This document shows positions 54,054-64,000 of a stretch of 64,000 nt of DNA, piece after piece (the stretch's first letter is position 1; the number at the start of each line of letters is the position of its first letter). The position numbers and the translations under genes are program-made. The notes under the pieces were generated by a model. It saw nothing but the letters and a program-made list of their open reading frames with translations, made no database searches and was not told the origin of the DNA. Source of the DNA: Spirulina sp. (GTDB lineage Bacteria; Cyanobacteriota; Cyanobacteriia; Phormidesmidales; Phormidesmidaceae); the NCBI GenBank assembly GCA_044070495.1, contig JBIPSI010000003.1:96001-160000 (forward strand), written 5' to 3'.

Positions 54054-55505
54054 TTAGCCTAGCTGGGGGCGCTGTTTGTGCCAGTCGGTGGATTGCTCGT
54101 AGGCGTAGCCCACCTCAAACAGCAGGTCTTCGCGCAGCACGTTGCCAATCAGTTGCAGGCCGATGGGTAGGCCCAGGTCATCAAAGCCGCAGGGGATACT
54201 CATCCCCGGCAGACCCGCCAGATTCACGGGAATCGTCATCAAGTCAGAGAGGTACATGCTGAGGGGGTCGTCCACCTTGTCACCGGCTTTGAAGGCGGTG
54301 GTGGGGGCGGTGGGGCACACCAGCACATCCACGCTGGCAAAGGCTTTCTCAAAGTCTTGTTTGATTAGGGTACGCACCTTTTGGGCCTTCAGATAGTAGG
54401 CGTCGTAGTAGCCCGCCGACAGGGCGTAGGTGCCGATCATAATCCGCCGCTTCACCTCATCCCCGAAGCCCTCGGCGCGGGTTTTGGTGTACATGGTGAT
54501 CAGGCTGTCGTTGTCCTTGCGGGCACCGTATTTCACACCGTCGTAGCGGGCCAGGTTGGAGGAGGCCTCCGAGGGGGCAATGATGTAGTAGGTGGGCAGA
54601 CCGTAGGGGAACTGAGGGCAGGAGATTTCCTGGATTTCGGCTCCCAGGTCTTTGAGTTGTTGAATCGCTTTTTCCGTGGCGGCTCTCACGGCGGGGTCGA
54701 TGCCCTCGGCGGCAAAGGTTTCGGTGATGATGCCAATTTTGCGGCCCTTCAGGTCGGTTTTGAGGAACTGGGTATAGTCGGGCACGGGCACATCCAAACT
54801 GGTGGAGTCGCGCCGATCATGGCCCGCAATCGCCCCCAGCAGCAGGGCGGCATCCTCCACGGTGGGAGTCAGTGGCCCAATTTGATCCAACGACGAGGCA
54901 TAGGCCACTAGCCCAAACCGAGACACCAGGCCGTAGGTCGGCTTTAGACCCACCACGCCACAGAAGGACGCGGGCTGACGAATAGACCCGCCCGTATCCG
55001 AGCCTAGGGCCACGGCACATTCCCCCGCCGCCACCGCCGCCGCCGATCCGCCAGAGGATCCACCGGGCACCCGCTCCACATCCCAGGGGTTGCCCGTGAG
55101 CTGGTAGGCGGAATTTTCCGTGGAACTGCCCATGGCGAACTCGTCCAGGTTCGTTTTGCCCAAGGCCACCATTCCGGCATCTTTGAGCTTTTGGGTAACG
55201 GTGGATTCGTAGGGGGGCACAAAATTTTCTAGCACCTTAGATCCGCAGGTGGTGCGGATGCCCTCGGTGCAAAGGTTGTCCTTCAGGCCGATGGGAATCC
55301 CCGCCAGGGGGCCAATGTCCTCCCCAGCGGCAAGTTTGGCATCCACCGCTGCCGCCTGGGCCAAGGCCGCATCGGCAGTCACCGTCAGATAGCTGTGCAG
55401 CTTGGGTTCCAGAGCCGTCATCCGGTCGAGGTATCCCTGGGCGATCTCCACCGCAGAGCGCTCTTTGCTGACCAACTGTTGATGCAGTTCGCGGATGACA
55501 GACAT
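54054..55505 (-). CDS. gatA: Asp/Glu-tRNA amidotransferase subunit A
   Basis: [61 protein letters not shown]; start MSVIRELH. Confidence 0.97.
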   Translation of the reverse strand: MSVIRELHQQLVSKERSAVEIAQGYLDRMTALEPKLHSYLTVTADAALAQAAAVDAKLAAGEDIGPLAGIPIGLKDNLCTEGIRTTCGSKVLENFVPPYESTVTQKLKDAGMVALGKTNLDEFAMGSSTENSAYQLTGNPWDVERVPGGSSGGSAAAVAAGECAVALGSDTGGSIRQPASFCGVVGLKPTYGLVSRFGLVAYASSLDQIGPLTPTVEDAALLLGAIAGHDRRDSTSLDVPVPDYTQFLKTDLKGRKIGIITETFAAEGIDPAVRAATEKAIQQLKDLGAEIQEISCPQFPYGLPTYYIIAPSEASSNLARYDGVKYGARKDNDSLITMYTKTRAEGFGDEVKRRIMIGTYALSAGYYDAYYLKAQKVRTLIKQDFEKAFASVDVLVCPTAPTTAFKAGDKVDDPLSMYLSDLMTIPVNLAGLPGMSIPCGFDDLGLPIGLQLIGNVLREDLLFEVGYAYEQSTDWHKQRPQLG

Positions 55506-55624
55506 GGAATTCCTCGGATTTGCCACAAACACCAAAGTACCAGTATAGGCGGGTTCTGGCCCAGTCTCTTGGTCGATGGCTGGCATTATTTTCCGAGATT
55601 AGGCTAAACAATTCGTCCCGTCTA

Positions 55625-56164
55625 TCACCAATAGGCAGGATCATTCAAGGCTGGCACACAGGAACAACGCCCAGGAATTGGCTCAATGGCCTCCTGCGTT
55701 AGGGCTTGCCCTAGCCATCCCTCCGGTTGGGAAAGTGCCAGCGGCGCGGCAATGACATTCTGCGACAGCGGGCGGAACCCCACCTTTGAATAGAAGGCCG
55801 GATCCCCGTAGGTGGTGACGACGTTGACCCCTTTGGACTTAAGCTCTTGCAGTCCATGGGTAATCAAAGCTTGCCCGATTCCTTGGCCCTGATAGTCTGT
55901 TTGAACGGCGACGGGAGCCAAAATAAATACATCAATATTTGACGCAAAGGTGAGCCGACTAAAAAATATGGAGCCAACGATGTTCTCGCCATCAACGGCC
56001 ACAAAGCCGTAAAGATTCTGCGGGTCAGTAGTGGACATCAACTGCTGAGCTAGGTGGCCAATTAAGGCTCCTTCCCGCTCTCCTTCCGACTGGGAAAAGA
56101 CGAATATAAAGAGATTTTCTATGGCTGATGCCTCGTTCGGCTGATGGGATCTATACGCTATCAT
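55625..56164 (-). CDS. GNAT-family N-acetyltransferase
   Basis: LAPVAVQTDYQGQGIGQALI, YGDPAFYSKVGF. Confidence 0.9.
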   Translation of the reverse strand: MIAYRSHQPNEASAIENLFIFVFSQSEGEREGALIGHLAQQLMSTTDPQNLYGFVAVDGENIVGSIFFSRLTFASNIDVFILAPVAVQTDYQGQGIGQALITHGLQELKSKGVNVVTTYGDPAFYSKVGFRPLSQNVIAAPLALSQPEGWLGQALTQEAIEPIPGRCSCVPALNDPAYW

Positions 56165-56273
56165 TGGCGTTTCTCTTGTTTGAAATGGCTTGAAGAACCT
56201 GATGCTTGAACCGCTAACCCTCTGATCTCCTGACCTATAGCAGATTGCAGTTGGATGCGGTACGGGCAACGGG

Positions 56274-56293
56274 CAAGGGGCTTAAGCCCCTTG
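56274..56293. repeat. 20-bp perfect palindrome (REP-like)
   Basis: CAAGGGGCTTAAGCCCCTTG. Confidence 0.8.
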
Positions 56294-56314
56294 TTATGGG
56301 ACTGATTCTCCAGC

Positions 56315-57400
56315 CTAACGATATCGGTTCTTTTTATGCTTCATGACCGATTTCACCATTTTGCCAAACGCTTTATCTTTTTCCCGTTTTTCAACGTAGG
56401 ACATTTGGTTAAAGTCTGACTCTTTTTTGATTTTTAGGTAGTTTTGATAGCGCTGTTCTGATAGGGTGCCGTCTTCTATAGCGGATAGCACCGCACAACC
56501 CTCTTCATTGGTGTGGGAACAGTTGGAAAATTTGCAGGTTTGGGTAAGCGCTGTGATGTCTGAAAAGGTTTCGTCTAACCCGTCATCAACGGCCATGCTG
56601 CCGAGTTCTCGCATTCCTGGGGTGTCGATGATCATCGCCCCGTTGTCTAGGCAAACGAGCTGACGCTGGGTGGTCGTGTGACGACCTTTGCTCTGGAGTT
56701 TGCTGACGGCTTGAGTATCGTATTTTTCGTAGCCAATCAGGCTGTTAAGTAGCGTTGTTTTACCTACCCCAGAGGAACCTAGTAGACAGTAGGTAAATCC
56801 ACTTTTTAGTAATCCGGTTACCGCATCAACATCATCCTGATTCAAGTTGCTAAACGCCATCACGCAAGCCTGGGGGGCAATGGCAAAAATCTTTTCCTTG
56901 ATGTTTTCTATCTCCTCCCCTGACATTAAATCCGCCTTGCTGAGGAGAATAATTGGCTCAATGCCGCCTTCGTTGACCATCACCAGATAACGTTCTAGCC
57001 TACGCAGATTGAAGTTCTCATTCAACGATTGCATGATAAAAGCGACATCAAGATTGGCCGCAATCAACTGAAAGTCTATCGCCTTCCCAGCGGCCTTTCG
57101 GCGTAGGAGGGTTTTTCTGGGCAACACCCCGTGGATAATCCCATGGCTATCGTTATCAAAACAGTCGGCATAGACCCAATCCCCCGTGGTCGGCAGATCG
57201 CATTCGGATTCGATGCGGTACAGCAAATGCCCCGATAACTCGGCAAAGATCCCGGCCCCTCCCTTCGTGATGGTGTAGCTGTCTTTGTGAACCGACACCA
57301 CACGAGCAACGGCGTGGGCCGCCACCATGGCCTCGTCCACGCGATGGTTAAACCAGTCGTGATACCCCAGGCGTTCTAGACTATCCATTGTCATGGCCAT
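56315..57400 (-). CDS. rsgA: Ribosome small subunit-dependent GTPase A (long type)
   Basis: Circularly permuted GTPase: SKAD, GSSGVGKT, GRHTTT, DTPG; Zn finger CKFSNCSHTNEEGC. Confidence 0.92.
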   Translation of the reverse strand: MAMTMDSLERLGYHDWFNHRVDEAMVAAHAVARVVSVHKDSYTITKGGAGIFAELSGHLLYRIESECDLPTTGDWVYADCFDNDSHGIIHGVLPRKTLLRRKAAGKAIDFQLIAANLDVAFIMQSLNENFNLRRLERYLVMVNEGGIEPIILLSKADLMSGEEIENIKEKIFAIAPQACVMAFSNLNQDDVDAVTGLLKSGFTYCLLGSSGVGKTTLLNSLIGYEKYDTQAVSKLQSKGRHTTTQRQLVCLDNGAMIIDTPGMRELGSMAVDDGLDETFSDITALTQTCKFSNCSHTNEEGCAVLSAIEDGTLSEQRYQNYLKIKKESDFNQMSYVEKREKDKAFGKMVKSVMKHKKNRYR

Positions 57401-57439
57401 GGTTGCTTGAGTCGGGGGGCAATCCGTTCCGCCTTTACC

Positions 57440-58648
57440 CTAGACCGGAACCGCTTCGGCCTTGATGGCAAAGATGCGTTCGATGGTGTCTTCCACGGAG
57501 CGGTCGGGGGTGGAGGCCCCAGAGGTGACACCCACCACCAGAGGGCCAGCGGGGAGCCAGTTTTCGGTGACGGTCATCTCACCGTGGAGGAGTTTGTGTT
57601 CGATGCGGTTACCGGGGCCAATGCGGCTGGCGCTGTCGATGTGGTAGGAGGGAATGTTGCGCTCCACAGCAATTTCTTGCAGGTGGGTGGTGTTGGAGGA
57701 GTTGTAGCCGCCGATTACTACCATCACATCGAGTTTTTCATCCACCAGCTTGAACATGGCATCTTGGCGTTCTTGGGTGGCATCGCAGATGGTGTTGAAG
57801 CTGAGGAAGTGGTCGTTGAGGGTTTGGGGGCCGTATTTTTTCAGCATGGTGTGCTCAAAAAGTTTGCCGATTTGCTCGGTTTCGCCCTTGAGCATGGTGG
57901 TTTGGTTGGCGATGCCGATGCGGTCTAGGTCGGTGTCTGGATCGAACCCAGCGGAGCAAGCTTTGCCGAATTTGGCCATAAATTCCTCGCGGTTGCCGCC
58001 GTTGAGGATGTAGTTAGCGACGTATTCCGCCTGTTCCAAATTCAGAACAATCAAATACTTGCCCGCAAAGGAACTGGTGGCCACGGTTTCTTCATGGTTA
58101 TATTTGCCGTGGATGATGGAGGTGTGGTCTTTTTTCTTGTGCTTTTCCACGGTGTTCCACACCTTAGAAACCCAGGGGCAGGTGGTATCCACAATGGTGC
58201 AGCCCTTGTCGTTAAGCAACTGCATTTCCTGGACGCTGGCCCCAAAGGCGGGGAGAATCACCACATCGCCTTGACCGACCACCGAGAAATCCTTGTCGCC
58301 GTTGTTCATCTCAATAAAAGCGACTTTCATTTCCTTGAGGCGCTGGTTGACGCTGGGGTTGTGGATGATTTCGTTAGTAATCCAAATTTGCTCGGTGGGG
58401 AAGTGTTGTCGAGTTTCGTAGGCCATGGCCACCGCCCGTTCTACGCCCCAACAAAAGCCGAACGCCTCCGCCAGTTTGATGGTGACCTCACCACGGTTCA
58501 GCGTGTAATTTAGCGCCCGAATTTCCTGAATCAGACCACTGTTGTATTCGGTCTGCATCTGGTCGGCCACCTCATCCCCATGGCCAAAGCCCTTACGGAA
58601 ATAGTTCTCAGAATGGTGCAGGGAGCGCTTAAAGGCCTTGGTATCCAT
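57440..58648 (-). CDS. ispH: 4-hydroxy-3-methylbut-2-enyl diphosphate reductase
   Basis: [43 protein letters not shown]; start MDTKAFKR. Confidence 0.97.
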   Translation of the reverse strand: MDTKAFKRSLHHSENYFRKGFGHGDEVADQMQTEYNSGLIQEIRALNYTLNRGEVTIKLAEAFGFCWGVERAVAMAYETRQHFPTEQIWITNEIIHNPSVNQRLKEMKVAFIEMNNGDKDFSVVGQGDVVILPAFGASVQEMQLLNDKGCTIVDTTCPWVSKVWNTVEKHKKKDHTSIIHGKYNHEETVATSSFAGKYLIVLNLEQAEYVANYILNGGNREEFMAKFGKACSAGFDPDTDLDRIGIANQTTMLKGETEQIGKLFEHTMLKKYGPQTLNDHFLSFNTICDATQERQDAMFKLVDEKLDVMVVIGGYNSSNTTHLQEIAVERNIPSYHIDSASRIGPGNRIEHKLLHGEMTVTENWLPAGPLVVGVTSGASTPDRSVEDTIERIFAIKAEAVPV

Positions 58649-58837
58649 CGGTATTTCCCAGAGTGGCGACACGTTACCTAGGATAACGGGTTGTGCACCG
58701 GGTTTTGGTGCCATCAGCCTAGGAAAATCTCTATGGTTAGGGCAAAGGCTGGGCGCTAGGCGGCGGTTTGCCAAAACATTGATGTGACGGGTTGGGGCTG
58801 TCGTTATGATGAAGCCATGCGCTCCTAGGCCATTGCC

Positions 58838-59632
58838 ATGGTACAAGCCGACCTCTACAAAAACCTCCCCACCAGCGACGAGCTGCCCGACTCCGACGAT
58901 ACCCCCGTGGACAACGAAGACCAGAATCTCTTACCCAACTACCTGCTCTTTTTGCTGAAACTGATCTGGGCCGACCGCCAAGACTGGTACTTCGGGGTGG
59001 ATATGGGCATTTACCACACCACAGGGGAGGATCACCGTGTTCCGGTGATTCCCGATGGCTTTTTGGCCCTCGGCGTGCCCCGTCGCAAGCCCGGTCAGCG
59101 CTTCCGCAGAAGCTATGTGCTCTGGGAAGAAGCCGACACTGTGCCAACCATGACCCTAGAAATGGTGTCTTGGAGTCCGGGTGGGGAGTACGTCGAAAAA
59201 ATGGCCATCTACGCCAACCTCGGTGTTCTGTACTACGTCATCTACAACCCCGAATACTGGGGACGCGACAAGCACCAGCCCTTTGAGGTGTACAAACTCA
59301 TCGGTGGGAAATACCAACTGCAACGGGGTGAACCCTACTGGATGCCGGAAGTCGGCCTCGCCATTGGGCGGGCGCAGGGGCTGCTGGGCGGCGAGATTCG
59401 CGAGGTACTCACCTGGTTTGATGCCGAGGGCAACCGCTATCCGTCCGCCGAAGAAAAAGCCCTAGAACTGGAAGCCCAGGCCCAGGAATATCAATCCCAG
59501 GCCCAACAGGAACGTCAGGCCCGTCTAGGGGCTATTCAACCGCTCCATCAACGGGGACTCTCAACGGCGGAAATCGCCGCCATTCTGAGTTTGTCTGTGG
59601 ATGAGGTTGAGCAGGCGCTGAGATCTAGCTAA
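58838..59632 (+). CDS. Uma2 (DUF820) family endonuclease-like protein
   Basis: [43 protein letters not shown]. Confidence 0.92.
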   Translation: MVQADLYKNLPTSDELPDSDDTPVDNEDQNLLPNYLLFLLKLIWADRQDWYFGVDMGIYHTTGEDHRVPVIPDGFLALGVPRRKPGQRFRRSYVLWEEADTVPTMTLEMVSWSPGGEYVEKMAIYANLGVLYYVIYNPEYWGRDKHQPFEVYKLIGGKYQLQRGEPYWMPEVGLAIGRAQGLLGGEIREVLTWFDAEGNRYPSAEEKALELEAQAQEYQSQAQQERQARLGAIQPLHQRGLSTAEIAAILSLSVDEVEQALRSS

Positions 59633-59694
59633 CCTCAGTTCGGGCTAAGCCAAAAGCTATCATTTTGAGAAACCTGCTTCCAGCCTGAACTTTA

Positions 59695-59785
59695 GCCCTC
59701 ACCCTAAATCCCTCTCCCCAAGGGAGAGGGACTTTGAGCTTTGCTAGCTCCCCTCTCCTTGTGGGAGAGGGGTTGGGGGTGAGGG
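59695..59785. repeat. Cyanobacterial CCCTCTCC...GGAGAGGG nested-palindrome element
   Basis: GCCCTCACCC...TCCCTCTCCCCAAGGGAGAGGGA...CCCCTCTCCTTGTGGGAGAGGGG...GGGTGAGGGC between convergent genes. Confidence 0.8.
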
Positions 59786-59812
59786 CTGCGGGGACTTTGC
59801 GATCTGCTGAGG

Positions 59813-61108
59813 TTAAGACTGCTGACGTTTGATCGCCATGGCCAGGGCTTTTTCGGTGGATAGGATGGCCTGCTGAATTTCGTCGGCATTCACGTTCAGG
59901 GGCGGCACAAAGCGCACCACCTGGGGGCCAGCCGGAACGAGCAGCAAGCCTTCGCCCATGGCGGCTTTGACAATATCTACGGATTTAATTGAGCTTTCGG
60001 GTTGCAGCACTAGGCCGTTGATTAGCCCCCAGCCGCGCACCTGCTCTAGCACAGTGGGATACTGCTGAATCATGCGTTGCAGCCCTAGGCGCAGTTGTTC
60101 GCCCCGCTGTTGCACGTTTTCCAACAGGTTTTCCGCCTCCAGGGTTTGGCAAACGGTGAGGCCCACTTTGCAGGCGAAGGGATTGCCGCCAAAGGTGCTG
60201 GCGTGGTCGCCCGGTTCAAACACATCGCAGGAGGCTTTGCAGAGCATGGCCCCAATGGGAATGCCGCCCCCCAAACCCTTGGCCGAGGTGAAGATATCCG
60301 GCTCGATACCGAGGTTTTCGTAGCCCCAGAGGGTGCCCGTGCGGCCCATGCCCACCTGCACCTCGTCCAGAATCAGCAGAATGCCCTTTTCGTCGCAGAT
60401 CTGCCGCACCCGTTGGAAATAGGCCCGATCCCCTGGGCAGACACCCCCTTCCCCCTGAAGCGCCTCTAGCATGATGGCCGCGACCTGGGGTGTTTCGGCG
60501 TCCAGTTCGGCCACCAAGGCTTCCAGGGCGGCAATATCGTTGTAGGGCACATAGGCAAAACCGGGCATCAGCGGGTCGAAGTTCTTCTGATACTTGGGTT
60601 GCCCGGTGGCGGTGATGGTGGCCAGGGTGCGTCCGTGGAAACTGGCCTGGGCGGTGATGATCAGCGGGTTAGTGATGCCCCGTTTGGTGTGGGCATACTT
60701 GCGGGCCAGCTTAATTGCCCCTTCGTTGGCCTCGGCCCCAGAGTTGCAGAAAAACGCCCGATCCGCACAGGAATGCTCCACCAGCCATTGGGCCAGGGCA
60801 CCCTGTTCGGGGATGTAGTAGAGGTTCGACACATGGTGCAGGGTTTGAATCTGCTGGCTGACGGCCTCCACCATAGCGGGGTGGGCATGGCCCAGGGTGC
60901 AGGTAGCAATTCCCGCCACAAAGTCTAGGTAGCGACGGCCCTGGTTATCCCACACAAAACAACCCTTGCCACGGGTGAGGGTGAGGGGAAAGCGCCCGTA
61001 GGTGGTCATCACCGCCGCATCGAACTGGGCCGGGGAGAAACCGTTGTGGCCGTTGCCGCTAAAGGGTAAGGACTTGAGAGACTTTTGGACGAGGGTTTTT
61101 AGGCTCAC
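59813..61108 (-). CDS. argD: Acetylornithine aminotransferase
   Basis: YLDFVAGIA, FCNSGAEANEGAIKLAR, SFHGRT, DEVQVGMGRTG, SAKGLGGG, HASTFGGNP; likely GTG start. Confidence 0.93.
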   Translation of the reverse strand: MSLKTLVQKSLKSLPFSGNGHNGFSPAQFDAAVMTTYGRFPLTLTRGKGCFVWDNQGRRYLDFVAGIATCTLGHAHPAMVEAVSQQIQTLHHVSNLYYIPEQGALAQWLVEHSCADRAFFCNSGAEANEGAIKLARKYAHTKRGITNPLIITAQASFHGRTLATITATGQPKYQKNFDPLMPGFAYVPYNDIAALEALVAELDAETPQVAAIMLEALQGEGGVCPGDRAYFQRVRQICDEKGILLILDEVQVGMGRTGTLWGYENLGIEPDIFTSAKGLGGGIPIGAMLCKASCDVFEPGDHASTFGGNPFACKVGLTVCQTLEAENLLENVQQRGEQLRLGLQRMIQQYPTVLEQVRGWGLINGLVLQPESSIKSVDIVKAAMGEGLLLVPAGPQVVRFVPPLNVNADEIQQAILSTEKALAMAIKRQQS

Positions 61109-61397
61109 GGTGGCAAGGGGGTGGATAAAGAGTGCGGATAAGCAGGACGGATTGCAGGTCACAGCCCTACCTTGGATCGAGCATAGCGGAAAGCCCTAGA
61201 AAATCCAGCCTAGAAATAGGGGGATTTAATGACATAGCCGATAGGGTGGGGCATAGCAGGGATGACTTTGCCTGAAGATGCCACCGCTGAAATCTTCGAT
61301 GGTGATGGTGATCGTGACCCAGAAGCAAGTTAGGTACAGCCCTCAGTATCATGAAGATAAGGAATCCGCCAAAGCATCCACCTTGGAGAGATACACC

Positions 61398-61652
61398 ATG
61401 GGCAAAGTCATACAAGCGACCTACCACGATGGCAACCTAGTGCTCGATGAAAAGCTAGACATTGCCTTAGAAGGCCGAAAACTCACGCTGATTTTGGTTG
61501 AGGAGACCTCTCCTAGCCACCCAGAGGTTGAGCAAACAGAGAAGGTTCAGGATTTTCTGACATGGGCACAGCAATACTCTGTCAACCTACCACCTGACTA
61601 TAAGTTTGATCGAGAAGAAATCCATGATCGCGACTGTTTTCATCGCTTCTAA
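61398..61652 (+). CDS. Putative antitoxin (AF2212/DUF104-like)
   Basis: MGKVIQATYHDGNLVL start and YKFDREEIHDR end typical of antitoxins that precede PIN toxins. Confidence 0.65.
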   Translation: MGKVIQATYHDGNLVLDEKLDIALEGRKLTLILVEETSPSHPEVEQTEKVQDFLTWAQQYSVNLPPDYKFDREEIHDRDCFHRF

Positions 61653-61700
61653 TCTTTGAGGCTATGGCTACTAGATCGAGTTGATCCTGATCTTCTCGCT
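61624..61700 (+). pseudogene. Remnant of a PIN/VapC toxin N-terminus
   Basis: Overlapping ATG reads MIATVFIASNL*GYGY*; matches VFIDSNLWxY with D>A and W>stop. End coordinate approximate. Confidence 0.55.
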
Positions 61701-61719
61701 TGCAGAGATTTGCTTTCTG

Positions 61720-64000
61720 TTAGGTGTGAGGCATACGCCAGCGCCAGCGGGGACGATTTTGCGAAGGCTGGCTGCGGCGAATGAGTTTCAGTTTTTCGGT
61801 TAAATAGGCGGCATTTTGTTCTTCGCGGCCATAGCGCCAGCGGACGTAGGCATGGGCAATTTCTCCGGCGGCTTGGGCCTGGGTGGCGTGGGTCTTTTGA
61901 TACAGGCGTTGGCTATATTCCAGAGGCGTTTCGCTGGGGCGTTTGGGGTGGCCCTGTTCCTCAAACCAGGCCAGCATTTGTTGATAGAGTTGTTCGGTGG
62001 GGGGCAGTTGCCGCAGTTGCCACTGCCGCCAGCCCAGCCGCAGCCAGATCCAGCCGAGCCAGCCCGCAAAGGCCAGGGCCGTTGCTCCGGCGAGGCCGAG
62101 GACAATGCCCACCCAGCCCAGGCGCATCAACCCACCCAGGGCGCGCACTAAGCTGACTAGAAGGTCTGTGACGAGGAGTCGTACTCCGTCTAAAAATCCC
62201 AGGACGGGGGAAGGCAGCCAGCCTGCGATCCAGTTCCAGAAGCGGCGCACGGTGCTGAAGGTTTCGTATTCGCGCAGGCTGGGGGGTATCAGTTCGTGTC
62301 CGGGGATGGGGTCGAACCCGAACCAGCCGTACTGCGGGAAATAGACCTCCGTGAGGGCGTAGGCATCTACGTTTTGCACCACGTAGAACCCGGTGAAGGG
62401 GTTGAATTGGCCCTCGCCAAAGCCTGCCACCAGTCGGGCCGGAATGCCGATGGATCGCAGCATGATGGTGAGCGTGGTCGGAAAATGGTCGGGGTAACCG
62501 CCCTCGATGATGAAGAGGAAAGCTTCGACTAAATCCTGATCCTCCGCCAAAAAGGGTAGGTCTGTTTCCAGGCTGTAGGGCTGGGTGGGGTCGGGGTAGC
62601 GTTTATAGCGCTGTTTGAGGGTCTGGGCCAGGTACAGGGCTTTTTCGTAGGGATCGGTGAGGGGGGTGGGGGAGGTGGCTAGGAGTTCTTCGGTGCGTTG
62701 GCGGACGCGGTCGCGAATGGCATCGGGCACTTGCAGGTAGTGCTGGCGAATTTCGGCGGGGTATTCCGTGGGGGCTTGGCGCAGCAGGGTGCGATCTCGA
62801 AAGGGCACCCGCGACACCACAGTATAGGTGAGGCCCTGTTCTAGGCCCACGGGAGAACGCAGGCTACCCTCCGGGTCAATCGCCACTTCGCGAGTGGGGA
62901 AGTAGAGTTCTCGCGCTTGGGCGAGGGCCGGAATCAGGTTGGGCAGGTTGCTCACCATGGTGTAGGTCTGCACCACTTCCCGCTGGCGGTTGAGGGTCGG
63001 CTCGATGGGCAGCAGGGTTTGGTTCGAGAACCGCGACCGACTCAGGGTTTGCACCGCTTCGTTGCGAGAGATTTCCCAACCCTGCCCGGTATAACGATCA
63101 AAGGCCAGCACCCGCCAGAACCCTGGAGCCTGGGATCGCACCCGCATCACCACCTCCGGGGTCATCACGCCGCGCAGGTTTTGGTTCATGGTTTGGTTGA
63201 AGCCGTAGTAGGAGGTGTTGTCCACCTGCCCTGGCCCGGTGGTCTGTCCCTGCCCCTGAATGGTGCCGCCGCCTTCCCCAAAGCCCTGATCGCCCTGGCC
63301 ACCATCGTTGATATAGCCTGGATTGATAATGGACTGGCCATCAAAGCCTTCGTCAATGTCAATGGTGGAGCTAACCGGGAAATTTTGAATTTGGTACCCC
63401 GGCAGGCGCGGCAAAAACAGAAAAATGACTAGCCCTAGGGCTACGGTAACGCTCAGCAGGGCCACAAATTGCCGTAGCGTTGGCCCCACCCGCACCTGCC
63501 GCCAAGGCCCTGGCTTTAGCCCCAGGCGCGATTGATAGTCCAGCACCAGCACCGGAATAGCCAGCACCAAAAACAGCAGCAGCATCGGCGCGAAGGAAAA
63601 GGTTTGGCTGATGGTGGCCGCCACCCCCAGCAAAATCAGGCCAATCATCATTGAATAGCCCAGGTCTTTGCGGCGGGGCAGGTCGAAACTGTGGAGCACC
63701 TGGAGCTGGATCAACAACTCCGCCAGGATGATGCGGGTATCTCCCGGTTCTTGCAGCAGCCGCGAGAAAAAGGCCCCCAAGGCTAGCAACATGCCTAGGG
63801 CAATCGCGAACTTCATGGCCGTATTGCGCTTGCGTCGCCGCTGCCAGCTATAGATCGCCCCCACAATGCTGAGGGGAATGGCCAACAGGTTCCACAGGGA
63901 GGTTTGCGTCACCCCTACCGCCGCCACCGCCACCGAGGCGATTCCTACGGTTACCAGCCCCTGCACCAGCACCCGCAGCAGAATCGATTCCTCGACTTCA
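61720..64000 (-). CDS. DUF3488 / transglutaminase-like membrane protein (5' end outside the window)
   Basis: N-terminal TMs, LPRLPG, FWRVLAFDRYTG, MLRSIGIPARLVAGF, EVYFPQYGWFGFDP, ETPLEY; frame open to the window edge. Confidence 0.9.
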   Translation of the reverse strand, partial: EVEESILLRVLVQGLVTVGIASVAVAAVGVTQTSLWNLLAIPLSIVGAIYSWQRRRKRNTAMKFAIALGMLLALGAFFSRLLQEPGDTRIILAELLIQLQVLHSFDLPRRKDLGYSMMIGLILLGVAATISQTFSFAPMLLLFLVLAIPVLVLDYQSRLGLKPGPWRQVRVGPTLRQFVALLSVTVALGLVIFLFLPRLPGYQIQNFPVSSTIDIDEGFDGQSIINPGYINDGGQGDQGFGEGGGTIQGQGQTTGPGQVDNTSYYGFNQTMNQNLRGVMTPEVVMRVRSQAPGFWRVLAFDRYTGQGWEISRNEAVQTLSRSRFSNQTLLPIEPTLNRQREVVQTYTMVSNLPNLIPALAQARELYFPTREVAIDPEGSLRSPVGLEQGLTYTVVSRVPFRDRTLLRQAPTEYPAEIRQHYLQVPDAIRDRVRQRTEELLATSPTPLTDPYEKALYLAQTLKQRYKRYPDPTQPYSLETDLPFLAEDQDLVEAFLFIIEGGYPDHFPTTLTIMLRSIGIPARLVAGFGEGQFNPFTGFYVVQNVDAYALTEVYFPQYGWFGFDPIPGHELIPPSLREYETFSTVRRFWNWIAGWLPSPVLGFLDGVRLLVTDLLVSLVRALGGLMRLGWVGIVLGLAGATALAFAGWLGWIWLRLGWRQWQLRQLPPTEQLYQQMLAWFEEQGHPKRPSETPLEYSQRLYQKTHATQAQAAGEIAHAYVRWRYGREEQNAAYLTEKLKLIRRSQPSQNRPRWRWRMPHT

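Overview
The window comes from a cyanobacterial chromosome and has two parts; a filamentous Leptolyngbyaceae-like host is only a guess from gene content. Bases 1-36259 are the right-hand part of a large integrated element ending in a 50-bp 3' fragment of tRNA-Arg(TCT) (attR); its left end and integrase lie outside the window. The element carries four blocks. (1) A defence/regulatory block: a DISARM-type DrmD helicase with the start of a DrmMI-like methylase, a translationally coupled EVE protein, a broken RHH gene, a LexA paralogue lacking the catalytic Lys, two convergent SOS-boxed promoters with a candidate antisense RNA/small hydrophobic peptide pair, a NERD-UvrD helicase and a pentapeptide protein. 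(2) A P2-like contractile-tail module (tape measure, U, X, D, V, W, J, I, duplicated ~750-aa proteins, fibre, tandem LamG protein) with no sheath, tube, head or terminase gene in view. (3) A tightly coupled eight-gene plasmid-like operon: ParM, ParR candidate, four membrane proteins, an FtsK/HerA-like ATPase and an NlpC/P60+transglycosylase wall hydrolase. (4) A GGDEF-EAL cargo gene next to attR. Bases 36260-64000 are ordinary host chromosome (mpg, DUF4912, TIGR03279, TolC, AKR, L,D-transpeptidase, fasciclin, mlaE, Fur family, BASS, gatA, GNAT, rsgA, ispH, Uma2, argD, antitoxin with dead PIN toxin, transglutaminase) with REP-like repeats. All calls come from reading motifs by eye; no searches were run.
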